A stretch of DNA of 37,981 bases from the NCBI GenBank assembly GCA_016180085.1, contig JACPBX010000035.1, positions 1 through 37,981 of the forward strand. Reading direction: 5' to 3'. The translations under genes were made by a program, and so were the position numbers. Each line of letters opens with the position of its first letter. Position 1 is the stretch's first letter. The stretch comes from Candidatus Woesearchaeota archaeon. GTDB taxonomy: Archaea; Nanobdellota; Nanobdellia; Woesearchaeales; UBA10216. The notes beneath the pieces are model-generated. The model searched no databases and was not told the DNA's origin. It worked only from the letters and a program-made list of their open reading frames with translations. Below, in pieces: positions 17,652 to 26,761 of this stretch.

Positions 17652-19007
17652 TTACATAACACCGTACGAATGCTTTTTCCCTGCTGCTGCCAATTCTTCT
17701 TCAATCCTGATAAGGCGGTTGTACTTGGCAGTTCTCTCAGTCCGTGCAGGCGCTCCAGACTTTATCTGGCCGCACCCCAAGGCAACCGCAAGGTCGGATA
17801 TAAATGTATCCTCTGTCTCACCAGACCTGTGGCTGACCATGACATTCCACCTCTCACCAGTTGCCAGTGTTGCGGCAGCCACCGCTTCTGTAAGCGTGCC
17901 AATCTGGTTCACCTTGAGAAGAAGGCAGTTGCACGAGTTGCGCCTGACTGCTTCCCTTATCCTGTGAATATTGGTAACAAGCAGGTCATCGCCAACCGTC
18001 TGTACATTCATCATCGCAAGCTTTTTTGTCAGCTCGGCAAACGCCGAAAAGGATTCCTGCTCGAAAGGGTCCTCAACCGATACAATAGGAAAATCTTTTG
18101 CGATTTTAACGTAATAATCTATCATCTCAGCAGCTGTTAAAAAGCGGCCGGCTTCAGCCTCGTACATCCTCTCCCTGCTGTTGTAAAACTCCGATGCTGC
18201 GGCATCAATTGCAAACCTTATTTTCCCGGAGTAGCCTGTTGTTGCGACCGCGGACTCAAGCAGGCTCAGGGCTGCTTCTGCAGACGAAAGCTGCGGCGCA
18301 AAGCCGCCTTCATCACCCACATTGACCGAGGGCTTTCCAAACTTTCTCTGCAGCAATGATTTAAGCCCGTGGTAAACCTCGGAAACTGCCGTTATGGCTT
18401 CCTTGAATGAATCAAATCCTGCAGGCACGACCATGAACTCCTGGATTTTCAGGCTGCTGCCGGCGTGCTTCCCGCCGTTTATTACGTTGCAGAATGGTAT
18501 TGGCAAAATAAAGCCATTATTTTTGCTGCCGCGATTGCTGCTGCCATTGCTGTTTCTGTGCCTTTTATCTGCTGAAGTTGCAACTGCAGCAATTGCCGAA
18601 TTTGCCAAATACCTGTAAAGCGGCTGCCTTGAAGCCATTGCCGCTGCCCTTGCCGCAGCAAGGCTCACGGCCAGTATCGCGTTTGCGCCCAGGAGTGACT
18701 TGTTTTCAGAGCCGTCAAGCTTAACCAGGAAGCCATCTAACTGCTGCTGTTTCCTGCAGTCAAGGCCGGCAATTTTCTTGGCTATTACCTCGTTGATGTT
18801 TCTGACCGCTGTCAAGACGCCAAGGCCGTGAAACCTCCTGCCGCCATCCCGAAGCTCGTGAGCCTCGTGCTTGCCTGTTGAAGCGCCGGAAGGAACGGCA
18901 GCCCTGCCCATCACACTGCCCTGCAGAAAAACATCGCACTCAACAGTCGGGTTGCCTCGGCTGTCAAGGATTTCCCGGGCAAGCACCTTTTTTATCCTGA
19001 AGGACAT
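17652..19007 (-). CDS. eno: Enolase
   Basis: REILDSRGNPTVE, PSGASTG, NVINGGKHA, GDEGGFAP, LLKVNQIGT, SHRSGETED, RTAKYNRL. Confidence 0.98.
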   Translation of the reverse strand: MSFRIKKVLAREILDSRGNPTVECDVFLQGSVMGRAAVPSGASTGKHEAHELRDGGRRFHGLGVLTAVRNINEVIAKKIAGLDCRKQQQLDGFLVKLDGSENKSLLGANAILAVSLAAARAAAMASRQPLYRYLANSAIAAVATSADKRHRNSNGSSNRGSKNNGFILPIPFCNVINGGKHAGSSLKIQEFMVVPAGFDSFKEAITAVSEVYHGLKSLLQRKFGKPSVNVGDEGGFAPQLSSAEAALSLLESAVATTGYSGKIRFAIDAAASEFYNSRERMYEAEAGRFLTAAEMIDYYVKIAKDFPIVSVEDPFEQESFSAFAELTKKLAMMNVQTVGDDLLVTNIHRIREAVRRNSCNCLLLKVNQIGTLTEAVAAATLATGERWNVMVSHRSGETEDTFISDLAVALGCGQIKSGAPARTERTAKYNRLIRIEEELAAAGKKHSYGVM

Positions 19008-19078
19008 AAAAAAGCCAGAGGCAGCGGTGTTTATAAGTTTTTTTATACAAGCTTAGAAGATGCGCTTAGACGATGCAC

Positions 19079-19897
19079 CTAACCAATATAGCTGACATCT
19101 TCTCCAGACCGGGCCTTGCCGATGCCGCGAAGGGCTTTTGGCAGCTCGCTCAGCTTTGCCCTTCCCTCTGCTTCAGCTTCCATTTCCCTTATTTCTGCAT
19201 CAAGCTCCTTGATGTTAATGCCCAGAGCGAGCTTGTCGTTAAGAACTGAGACCACTTCCCTTGCGCCCTTGATGCCAAGGTACATGGGATGGGAGAATGT
19301 TTCTGCCAGGAGGGAAACAGCAGGGATTCCCCTGCGCTTGGAGAGCCCAAGAAGCACGCCGGTAACTCCTATTATCGGACCAACAACGCCGTAAAGCTTA
19401 GGCTCAATGCTAATAGACTTGTAGCTTTCAACAACTGCCTTCGTGGTGCCGGTACAGTAAACCTTTGGCTTCTTTGGCACAGCCGGCAGCCCTATGCCGC
19501 CAATAGTGATTACCATGCTGCCGCTCAGCTTCGTAAAGTGATCAAGCACAGCCTCGGAAAAGGAGTAGCAGGACTGCTCGTTGATTGGCTGAACGTCGCC
19601 TGCAACGAATACGATGTCAGGCCTCTTGCCTGAACCTTTCTTAAAATAAAGCTTAATCGAAGGAAGCTCAATCAGGTTTTCCTCTGTAACGAAAACAGAA
19701 TGAGGAAGGTTGAACGAGAAGAACTCGTAAAGCTTTTCAGCCCCAAGCTCCTCAATCATGAAGTCAACAGCTACCTTGCCCACATTCCCGATGCCCGGGA
19801 GCCCTGCGATAAGCATGGGCTTGCTAAGCTTCGGGACGCTCTTTGCCAGCAGCTTTACCGCCCATTCTGCCATTTTTACCGTCATTTTTACAGCCAC
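19079..19897 (-). CDS. PAC2-family proteasome assembly chaperone
   Basis: IAGLPGIGNVGKVAVDF, GDVQP, ITIGG, GPIIGVTGVLLG; canonical position after nop10. Confidence 0.9.
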   Translation of the reverse strand: MAVKMTVKMAEWAVKLLAKSVPKLSKPMLIAGLPGIGNVGKVAVDFMIEELGAEKLYEFFSFNLPHSVFVTEENLIELPSIKLYFKKGSGKRPDIVFVAGDVQPINEQSCYSFSEAVLDHFTKLSGSMVITIGGIGLPAVPKKPKVYCTGTTKAVVESYKSISIEPKLYGVVGPIIGVTGVLLGLSKRRGIPAVSLLAETFSHPMYLGIKGAREVVSVLNDKLALGINIKELDAEIREMEAEAEGRAKLSELPKALRGIGKARSGEDVSYIG

Positions 19898-20079
19898 CCC
19901 TTGGCCTTCAGCTGCCCTTCCTTCGCCTTTCTCCTGTAAGCTGCGTAATTGTCCTCAGGGCTGTACCTTGCGGGCTTTGGAATAACTGTTTTTGATAAAC
20001 CTTTTTCGCAAAAAGGTTTGCTGCAAATTTCCTTAAGCGTATAAACGCTGCAGCCTTGACAACGCATTATGTGCCTCAT
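19888..20079 (-). CDS. nop10: H/ACA RNP protein Nop10
   Basis: RCQGCSVYTLKEIC...PARYSPEDNYAAYRR. Confidence 0.92.
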   Translation of the reverse strand: MRHIMRCQGCSVYTLKEICSKPFCEKGLSKTVIPKPARYSPEDNYAAYRRKAKEGQLKAKGWL

Positions 20080-20090
20080 AAGATTACACC

Positions 20091-20763
20091 CTACACCTTA
20101 ACAAACTTTCCTTCCCCGCCTTTGCCCTCAATAAAGCTTATGGCAGCCGAGGAAGCCTTCGCCATGACCTGCTCGCCAGACTTGTAATTTTCAGCCACGA
20201 CCTTGAACAGGTAAGCGCCTGACCCGAGATAGGAAACGCTCGCCCCTTCCTGAACAGCAAGTTTCAGCGCCTCTTTAACGATTGAAACACCATCAGGATC
20301 ATAGCTTGCCAACGCCAGCCTGCCCTTAAGCTCAACCACAGGCGGCTTGATTCTCTGCATTACTGCCTCGTTAATGCCGTCCGAAACCTCCTTCGGAAGC
20401 TTCAGGTCAGCTACCAAAACATCCCCTTTCGCTATGGCTATGAACGCCTCAAACAGCGAATGAAACCTCTCAGAAATCTTCTCGGATAGCTGGGAATAAA
20501 TCTGCGGGGGCTGCATGCTGAGCTGCTTTGCAACCAGCTCGACAATCTTTTCAGCCTTCTGCTCCTGCTTTACTTCGTTTAGCTTTGCCCGGCGCTGGCT
20601 CTCCGTGACCCTCCTGAGGGAGAGGTCAACGTGGCCCCGTTCCTTGTTAACGCCAATGACCTTGCAGACAACAGGCTTGTTCTCGACAACGTAATCGCGG
20701 ATGTTCCTTATCCTGCCGGGAGCAACCTCTGATATGTGAATCATGCCGCCTCTTCAGCATCAT
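20091..20763 (-). CDS. eif2a: Translation initiation factor eIF2 alpha; S1-domain N-terminus disrupted by a deletion and frameshift at about 20747
   Basis: GMIHISEVAPGRIRNIRDYV...VDLSLRRV...YLGSGAY. The upstream MMLKR start (ATG 20763/20760, with RBS) is out of frame. Confidence 0.92.
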
Positions 20764-20878
20764 ATTCTTGTTTTCACCAGTAAAGTTTTAAGTTTTGCCA
20801 AAGCTATCAGCTGAAGCGTTTTATCAGTTTTCATCACAGCAGCTGTTGCAAATGCCCTGTCATGGCCAAAAAATAAGG

Positions 20879-21064
20879 TTACTCAAGCACTTCCAAAACC
20901 CTTGCCTTGAGCCTTGATTTTCCCCCTGTTGACTCTGCAAGCGGCTTGCCGCAGACAAGGCACGTTACAGCTGTCGAAATCTTGCCGAATATTATCTGCT
21001 CATTCTTGCACTTCGGGCAGCGGACTTTCACGAACTTTGAACTTGGCTCCTTGATTTTTACCAT
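20879..21064 (-). CDS. rps27e: 30S ribosomal protein S27e
   Basis: SKFVKVRCPKCKNEQIIFG...CLVCG...TGGKS; AGGTGA RBS. Confidence 0.96.
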   Translation of the reverse strand: MVKIKEPSSKFVKVRCPKCKNEQIIFGKISTAVTCLVCGKPLAESTGGKSRLKARVLEVLE

Positions 21065-21130
21065 GCATATCACCTGAAGAAGCGAAAAACAGCAGCCGTT
21101 TAAAAAGGTATCGCAGCATCCGCACAGCAG

Positions 21131-21300
21131 GATTATGCGCCGGAGCCGGGATCCCACGTCGCTTTGGGCGACGGGGCACAGTCGTGCAATGCATGACTTG
21201 TGTGTCACCCTTTCCATTGCAATGAAAAGGGCTTTGAACCCGGATGGCTGTGGAGTAACCCCGGGTTCGTCTGACCAGTTTCGTAACCCGGCTTTCTTTA
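21131..21300 (+). ncRNA. Long tRNA-Ser-like element (family B); candidate antisense RNA, strand inferred
   Basis: The minus strand folds as acceptor GCCGGGT/CTCCGGC+G73, a D-like arm, no anticodon arm, a V-like arm, and T-arm CCGGG-TTCAAA-[81 nt]-T-CCCGG. Plus strand has a TATA at 21099-21106 and a T-rich end at 21293-21304. Confidence 0.6.
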
Positions 21301-21447
21301 TTCTAAAGAACCACCAGTCATAGACTGGTGGGATTACAGAACTGGTGGTTCTTAGTGCTCAGAATTTTCCTACCTTATGAAATCAGCAGCAATCAAAGCT
21401 TGCCATCAGTCACAGACTGATGGAAAATTCTGACATTTTATTTAGAA
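21301..21447. repeat. Nested palindromic element
   Basis: CCACCAGTCATAGACTGGTGG (21311-21331) and CCATCAGTCACAGACTGATGG (21403-21423); 13-bp inverted repeat 21307-21319/21340-21352; 12-bp inverted repeat 21359-21370/21422-21433; terminal TTCTAAA/TTTAGAA. Confidence 0.7.
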
Positions 21448-21448
21448 C

Positions 21449-21757
21449 TTACTCAAACTCCACTTTCTTGAGCCTTATGCCTTTATTTTGCGTGTGGGTC
21501 TTGCTGCAGACAGAGCACTGATACCTGATGTCGGTCTTCTTTGTCTGCTTCTTGCCGGTCATCTTCCACTGCGTAACCGGAGGCTTGGAATACCTTCCAA
21601 GGTTGCCCGCCCCCCTGGCACGGCCTCTCCTTCTTGCCCTGATTTTTGAGCCATATTTGAGAGGGCTCGGAGCCTTCTTCTTGGCAGTAAAGACCTTGTG
21701 CTCGGTGTGCTTCCTGCAAAAAGGGCAGAAGCGCTTCACGGTTTTCGGGAATTTCAT
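21449..21757 (-). CDS. rpl44e: 50S ribosomal protein L44e
   Basis: MKFPKTVKRFCPFCRKHTEH...KKQTKKTDIRYQCSVC. Confidence 0.96.
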   Translation of the reverse strand: MKFPKTVKRFCPFCRKHTEHKVFTAKKKAPSPLKYGSKIRARRRGRARGAGNLGRYSKPPVTQWKMTGKKQTKKTDIRYQCSVCSKTHTQNKGIRLKKVEFE

Positions 21758-21905
21758 CTTGAGGAGAGAGAACCAGGAGGGTGTTTAAAAAGGTTGCGCC
21801 TATGTGAGCCGCAAGTTTAGCGACATCTGTGAATAACCTTTATATATTCTGGTTAGCAGCTAACTAATGTTGGATTTTTAATTAAGGGAAGCGTCGGGGG
21901 ATAGC

Positions 21906-22718
21906 ATGGAAGCGCAGCACGGACAGCAGCAGGACCAGTCGAACCAGCCCGGCAGGATAACAGTGACTTATGAAGCGCTGTTTGACATGGTCGTGAGGGA
22001 AAAAGGAAGGGACGAGCTGCAGGCCCTGAATGAAAACTTCTTCTCCGAGCTTGTGAGCTATCTCATCGAAAAGAAATCAATGCTTGCCGTCCTCGGCCCT
22101 GAGGAGAAGGAAAAGACAGCCAGGCAACTGCAGAACATAAACCGCCTGGTAAAGGAGCTGTACGAGAGAAGGGAGAAAAAGATAATCAGCCTGGCGCTTG
22201 CAAGGTCCCGTGCCGGGGTTGACATAATAGACACCTCGGCGCTTCTTGCGGATGAAAAGGCCCTGTTTGATGGGCTTGTAAGCCAGCTTGACGCCTTCAG
22301 GGACGGCGTGCTTAACAGCCTCCTTGTTGCAAAATTGCCAACACCGCAGAAACAACACCAGCAGACGCAGCAAACACAAACAGGCGCTGAAACTCTGGCG
22401 GCTGCGTCAAGGGTAATCACCTCTGCCTCATTAAGCGCAATAAGCGGCACGAACATCACTGACAAAGGCAGGGCAGGAACAGCTGAAGAGCACAATCAAA
22501 TAGCTGCTGCAACCGGGGAAAACGAGTCTTCTGACTCTGCCACCGCTGCCACCGGCGCAACAAAGCTTGTCAGGTTCCTGCATCCCGTGCCAAGGTTTGT
22601 CGGCAGCGAACTGGAGGTATACGGCCCATTTGACCAAGAAGACATGGCCAACCTCCCAAGGGAAATAGCTGAAGTTCTCATAGCCAGAGGCCGTGCCGAG
22701 GAAGTAGCGCAGGCGTAA
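21906..22718 (+). CDS. DNA replication factor GINS (Gins51-like), with a long low-complexity linker
   Basis: Helical A domain (LYERREKKIISLA) and C-terminal B domain (VRFLHPVPRFVGSELEVYGPF...ANLPREIAEVLIARGRAEEV). Confidence 0.85.
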   Translation: MEAQHGQQQDQSNQPGRITVTYEALFDMVVREKGRDELQALNENFFSELVSYLIEKKSMLAVLGPEEKEKTARQLQNINRLVKELYERREKKIISLALARSRAGVDIIDTSALLADEKALFDGLVSQLDAFRDGVLNSLLVAKLPTPQKQHQQTQQTQTGAETLAAASRVITSASLSAISGTNITDKGRAGTAEEHNQIAAATGENESSDSATAATGATKLVRFLHPVPRFVGSELEVYGPFDQEDMANLPREIAEVLIARGRAEEVAQA

Positions 22719-22762
22719 GAAGCACAAAAACCTTAATAACCGCAGTCGCAGACCTCTCTCAC

Positions 22763-23989
22763 GTGGCAACACTGACTTTTCAGGACCTGGACTTCATGCA
22801 GGCAGGGAATGGTAAGGTAATTGCAAGGTTCCTGCACAACTACCAGTTTGAGATAGAGCCAGAAACGCTTAGGGGCATAGGCGACTACAGGGCAGAAGGC
22901 AACAGCATCGAATTCAAAGATGTCGATGAAGATGCTGCTAAGAGAAGGTTCAATGCCGTGCTTGACTTAGGCCTGTCGAACCTGACAAACGCTGTGACAA
23001 AGAAGAAAACGCTTTACATTCACCGCTACTCAGGAATACCGCTCATTGGAACGACAAGCTTCGGCATTATCGACAGGAACACGAACATGATAGAGGTCAG
23101 GCCTCTGACCGGCTGCAACATGAACTGCATATTCTGCTCGGTAGACGAGGGGCTTGCTTCAAGGAAGACATCGGAAGTGGTAATTGAAGAGGAATACCTC
23201 GCCGCTGAAGCCAAGAAACTGGCAGAGTTCAAAGGCTGCGAGTGCCATGTCATAATCAATTCGCAGGGCGAGCCGACGCTCTACAAGCCGATGCCGAAGC
23301 TCATAAGCGACTTGAAAGCAATTCCGGCTGTGAAGACGATTACGCTGATAACAAACGGAACGCTTCTTACGGAAAGGTTTATTGACGAGCTGGCGGCTGC
23401 CGGGTTGACCATGCTCAACATATCGCTGAATGCCATAGACCCGAAAATAGCCAAAATAATGGAAGGCCACGGCTCCTACGATGTTGAAAAAGTCAAAAAA
23501 ATGGCAGCCTACGCCGCTGCCAGGACAGCGATTAAAGTTACATTAGCACCGGTAGTTGTTGGCAGCTACAACGATTCAGAAATGGAGAAAATAGTGAGGT
23601 TTGCAAAGGAGATAGGGGCAGCAACAGCAATGCAGAATTACCTTTTTTACAGGAAGGGAAGGAATCCAAGGAATGCACAGCAGATGCCGTGGCCGAAGTT
23701 TTACTCTGAGCTGGAAAGCCTGGAGAAGAAATACGGGTCCAAGCTTGTCTTTTCAGCAGCAGACTACAAGATAATAAAAACAAGGCCGCTGCCAAAGCCG
23801 TTCAGGAAAGGGCAAACGGTAAAGGCACAGGTTGTAGCCGAGGGAAGGTATCCGCGGGAGTACATTGCGGCCGCAGAAGGGAGGATTATAACTTTGCCGG
23901 ACTGTGAACGCAGATTGGCGGCTGCCGAAAAAGTAAAAATAAAAATCGTGAGCGACAAGCACAACATATTTTACGGTAAAGTGACCTGA
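22763..23989 (+). CDS. Radical SAM protein with C-terminal TRAM domain
   Basis: GCNMNCIFCSVDEG (CxxxCxxC), QGEPTLY, TNGTLL; C-terminal PKPFRKGQTVKAQVVAEGR. Confidence 0.9.
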   Translation: MATLTFQDLDFMQAGNGKVIARFLHNYQFEIEPETLRGIGDYRAEGNSIEFKDVDEDAAKRRFNAVLDLGLSNLTNAVTKKKTLYIHRYSGIPLIGTTSFGIIDRNTNMIEVRPLTGCNMNCIFCSVDEGLASRKTSEVVIEEEYLAAEAKKLAEFKGCECHVIINSQGEPTLYKPMPKLISDLKAIPAVKTITLITNGTLLTERFIDELAAAGLTMLNISLNAIDPKIAKIMEGHGSYDVEKVKKMAAYAAARTAIKVTLAPVVVGSYNDSEMEKIVRFAKEIGAATAMQNYLFYRKGRNPRNAQQMPWPKFYSELESLEKKYGSKLVFSAADYKIIKTRPLPKPFRKGQTVKAQVVAEGRYPREYIAAAEGRIITLPDCERRLAAAEKVKIKIVSDKHNIFYGKVT

Positions 23990-24207
23990 AATCGCCAAAT
24001 TTTGAAATTTGGAATCGTAGTTTCTGTTGTTTTCTATTGAAGGGCAGAGGGTTTAGTGAGCAGAATAAGGCATACGTTCATTTTATTGAATATTAATCGG
24101 TTTTCTTTATAAATAAAAAGGTAAAATTCACTTTATTGAATATAGAAAGATTTATATATATGCTATATTCATTGATATTCATAATATTGAATTATGTGGT
24201 GGTTTTG

Positions 24208-24852
24208 GTGTTTATTGAAAGCCTATTGGGAGCAACGTCAAGGGTCAAGATACTCAGGACACTGACCGAAGTTACAATCGGCTTTACGTTGAGCGAACTT
24301 GAAAAGGAAACAGGACTGAGCAGAGGCATTGTTCACAAGGAGATCAAGAGGTTAGTAAAAGAAGGGGTTGTTATTGAGGTAGCGTCAGAAGGAAAATTAA
24401 AGTCCTACAGGATAAACGTAAATCACCCGCATCACAACCAGATAGTCAGCCTATTTGGAAAAGAAAAGTTGGTTGACAGAAGGAGTGTGGTTATGTTGGC
24501 CGTATGGAATGTGCTGGAATCGCTAGTGTCTGCGATTGTTGACAAAAAGAAGGTTGAGAAGGGCGGAAACATACAAGCTGTAAAACTATTTGGAAGCCAC
24601 TCTCGTGGGACAGCAGCCCTGACCAGTGATATCGACCTGCTAGTCATTCTGTGGGAAAAAAATCCGGAAGATGAAGCCAGCATTTTAGCCGCATGTGAGA
24701 AGTATGGTAAGAAACTAAAAACAAAAATCAATCCGGTATTCATGACAGCCGAACGATATACCCAAGAACTTGCCACGAAAACAGCGTTTATCGACCAGGT
24801 GAACCGCAGCAGCATCGACCTTTATTTCAACGGAGAACAGCACTATGGATGA
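24208..24852 (+). CDS. HTH plus minimal nucleotidyltransferase (MNT) antitoxin
   Basis: N-terminal wHTH (LSELEKETGLSRGIVHKEIKRL) and LFGSHSRG...SDIDLLVI. Start chosen at GTG 24208 after GGTGG. Confidence 0.85.
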   Translation: MFIESLLGATSRVKILRTLTEVTIGFTLSELEKETGLSRGIVHKEIKRLVKEGVVIEVASEGKLKSYRINVNHPHHNQIVSLFGKEKLVDRRSVVMLAVWNVLESLVSAIVDKKKVEKGGNIQAVKLFGSHSRGTAALTSDIDLLVILWEKNPEDEASILAACEKYGKKLKTKINPVFMTAERYTQELATKTAFIDQVNRSSIDLYFNGEQHYG

Positions 24853-25309
24853 AACAAAATTCACCGAGGAATGCTCAAAGGAGCGGGAAGTTACACAGAA
24901 GCCAGGAGCCACTCCGATACAGACGCAGCTTGAGCGAGAAAACAAAAGCAAAAATTCATGGTCTAATTCGCGCTATTTTTTGGAAGGAGCCAAACAGATT
25001 ATGAACGGAAACACACCGTACCTTGTTTTTACCCTTGGCTTTTTCGCAATGGAACACGCGGCAACTGCGCTTATTGCACAAAATGGATATTCAATAACGG
25101 ACCACAAGTGCGCCCAGATTTTCTTCTCAAAAATGCTCAACAGGGAAGACTTGGCAAAAGCCCTGTCGCGAGCATACAACGCGAGGATAGCATTTAACTA
25201 CAGGAACAACTTGAGTGACTACACAGATAAAGTGGAAGCTGAAGAGTTTCTGCAAAAAGAAGTTGTGCCTTTTATAGAAGAGATAGAGAAACTGCTAAAG
25301 GAGGAGTAA
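24845..25309 (+). CDS. HEPN-domain protein, putative toxin
   Basis: FFAMEHAATALI...DH...RIAFNY (Rx4Y); overlaps the MNT stop. Confidence 0.8.
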   Translation: MDETKFTEECSKEREVTQKPGATPIQTQLERENKSKNSWSNSRYFLEGAKQIMNGNTPYLVFTLGFFAMEHAATALIAQNGYSITDHKCAQIFFSKMLNREDLAKALSRAYNARIAFNYRNNLSDYTDKVEAEEFLQKEVVPFIEEIEKLLKEE

Positions 25310-26761
25310 ATGGAAAAAATCAAGTTTGACAAGAGCTGGCTTTTGTTTCTGGCAGCTGCAGCTGTTTTTCTCGCAATAAAATTATCAGCCGCGGATTATG
25401 CTGTCAGCGACGAGAATACATACTACAAGATGGGGCAGCTTGTTGGTGAAGGGCGGCTGCCATACAGGGACTTCTTTTTTGCGCATCCGCCATTGCAGGT
25501 TTACCTGTATGCTGCTGTGTTCAGGCTGTTTGGGTTCAGTTTTCTGCTGCTGAAGATGATTTCGGCAGCTGCTGTCGTTGCGGCTGCGGCTTTTATTTTT
25601 GCAGCGGTGAAGGACAGATTGAATGCGAAGATAGCGGCTGCCGCTACGGTGCTGTTCCTTTTCTCGTATGGCACGTTGCTGTTCTCAAACTTCCCGACAG
25701 GCACTGAAATCGCAACTGCGTTTTCTGTTGCAGGGTTTTATTTTTTCATGAGAAAGAAGTTCGCCACAAGCGGCATCCTGCTGGGTTTTGCAGCTGTGAC
25801 TGCGCTGCTCAGCGCGATTATACTGCCGCTGCTCCTTTTCTTTGCCGCATTCATTCTGAGGGACAAGAAATCCGCAGCCAGGCTTTTGATCGGCTTCTCT
25901 GCCGTTTTTGTTGCTATTACTGGCTTGTTTCTCCTGATTGCCAAGGGCGAGTACCTGAAGCAGGTGCTGATTTACCACCTGAATAAGCCTGCTGCCAGCA
26001 CTGACAAGGCAGCGGTGTTTTTCAGGATTTTGAAAACGAACGCCCTATTATTCATAGCAGCAGCTGCAGCCTTTGCTTCAAAAAACAAAGCAAAGGCGCT
26101 TGTAGTCCTGTCTGCTGCTGTGGCTGCTGCCTACATCGCAGCGTTTCCCCTGCTGAAAACAGCGTTCAATTACTACCTCCTGTACGCTTTTCCCTTTCTG
26201 GCCGTTGTTGCCGGCTATGGAATTTTGCAGCTGTGGGAGTTCCTCACTGAAAAAGCAAAGCTAAGAGGGGAAGCTGCGTTTATCGCTGTTGCCCTGCTGA
26301 TACTGCTTGGCAGCTTTGCTACGGTGAGGGGCTTTGCAAGCTATGACTCTCAGGATTTCCCTCAGGCAGAAGAGGTTGCGGCGTATGTCAGGGAGAACAG
26401 CCTTTCGCAGCAAACCATATTTGGCGATGACTCTACAGTGCCATTGCTGTCGCTGCTGTCCGGGAGGGAGATTGCGCTGAATTACGTAGACAATAACGCA
26501 CTGAGATATAGCTCAGGCATAACTGACTTAGGGCAGACGCTTCAGCTCCTGCAAGGCGGGATTAACAAAGGCGAAGTGAAGTTTATCATTCTAAGGAGGA
26601 TTAAGGCGGCCAAAGGCGCATTTGACTTCGGAATAGCAACCCAGCAGCAGTTCACGGGCTTTGTCAATGAAAGCTGCAGGCTGGCGAAGGAGTTCCCGCT
26701 GGAGTGGCGCGGCCTTATCAAGACTTATGAGGTTTATGACTGCCTGAAAACCAGGGACTGA
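25310..26761 (+). CDS. Polytopic membrane glycosyltransferase, GT-C fold (ArnT/PMT-like)
   Basis: SDENTYY, LPYRDFFFAHPPL, many transmembrane helices, C-terminal soluble domain. Confidence 0.8.
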   Translation: MEKIKFDKSWLLFLAAAAVFLAIKLSAADYAVSDENTYYKMGQLVGEGRLPYRDFFFAHPPLQVYLYAAVFRLFGFSFLLLKMISAAAVVAAAAFIFAAVKDRLNAKIAAAATVLFLFSYGTLLFSNFPTGTEIATAFSVAGFYFFMRKKFATSGILLGFAAVTALLSAIILPLLLFFAAFILRDKKSAARLLIGFSAVFVAITGLFLLIAKGEYLKQVLIYHLNKPAASTDKAAVFFRILKTNALLFIAAAAAFASKNKAKALVVLSAAVAAAYIAAFPLLKTAFNYYLLYAFPFLAVVAGYGILQLWEFLTEKAKLRGEAAFIAVALLILLGSFATVRGFASYDSQDFPQAEEVAAYVRENSLSQQTIFGDDSTVPLLSLLSGREIALNYVDNNALRYSSGITDLGQTLQLLQGGINKGEVKFIILRRIKAAKGAFDFGIATQQQFTGFVNESCRLAKEFPLEWRGLIKTYEVYDCLKTRD

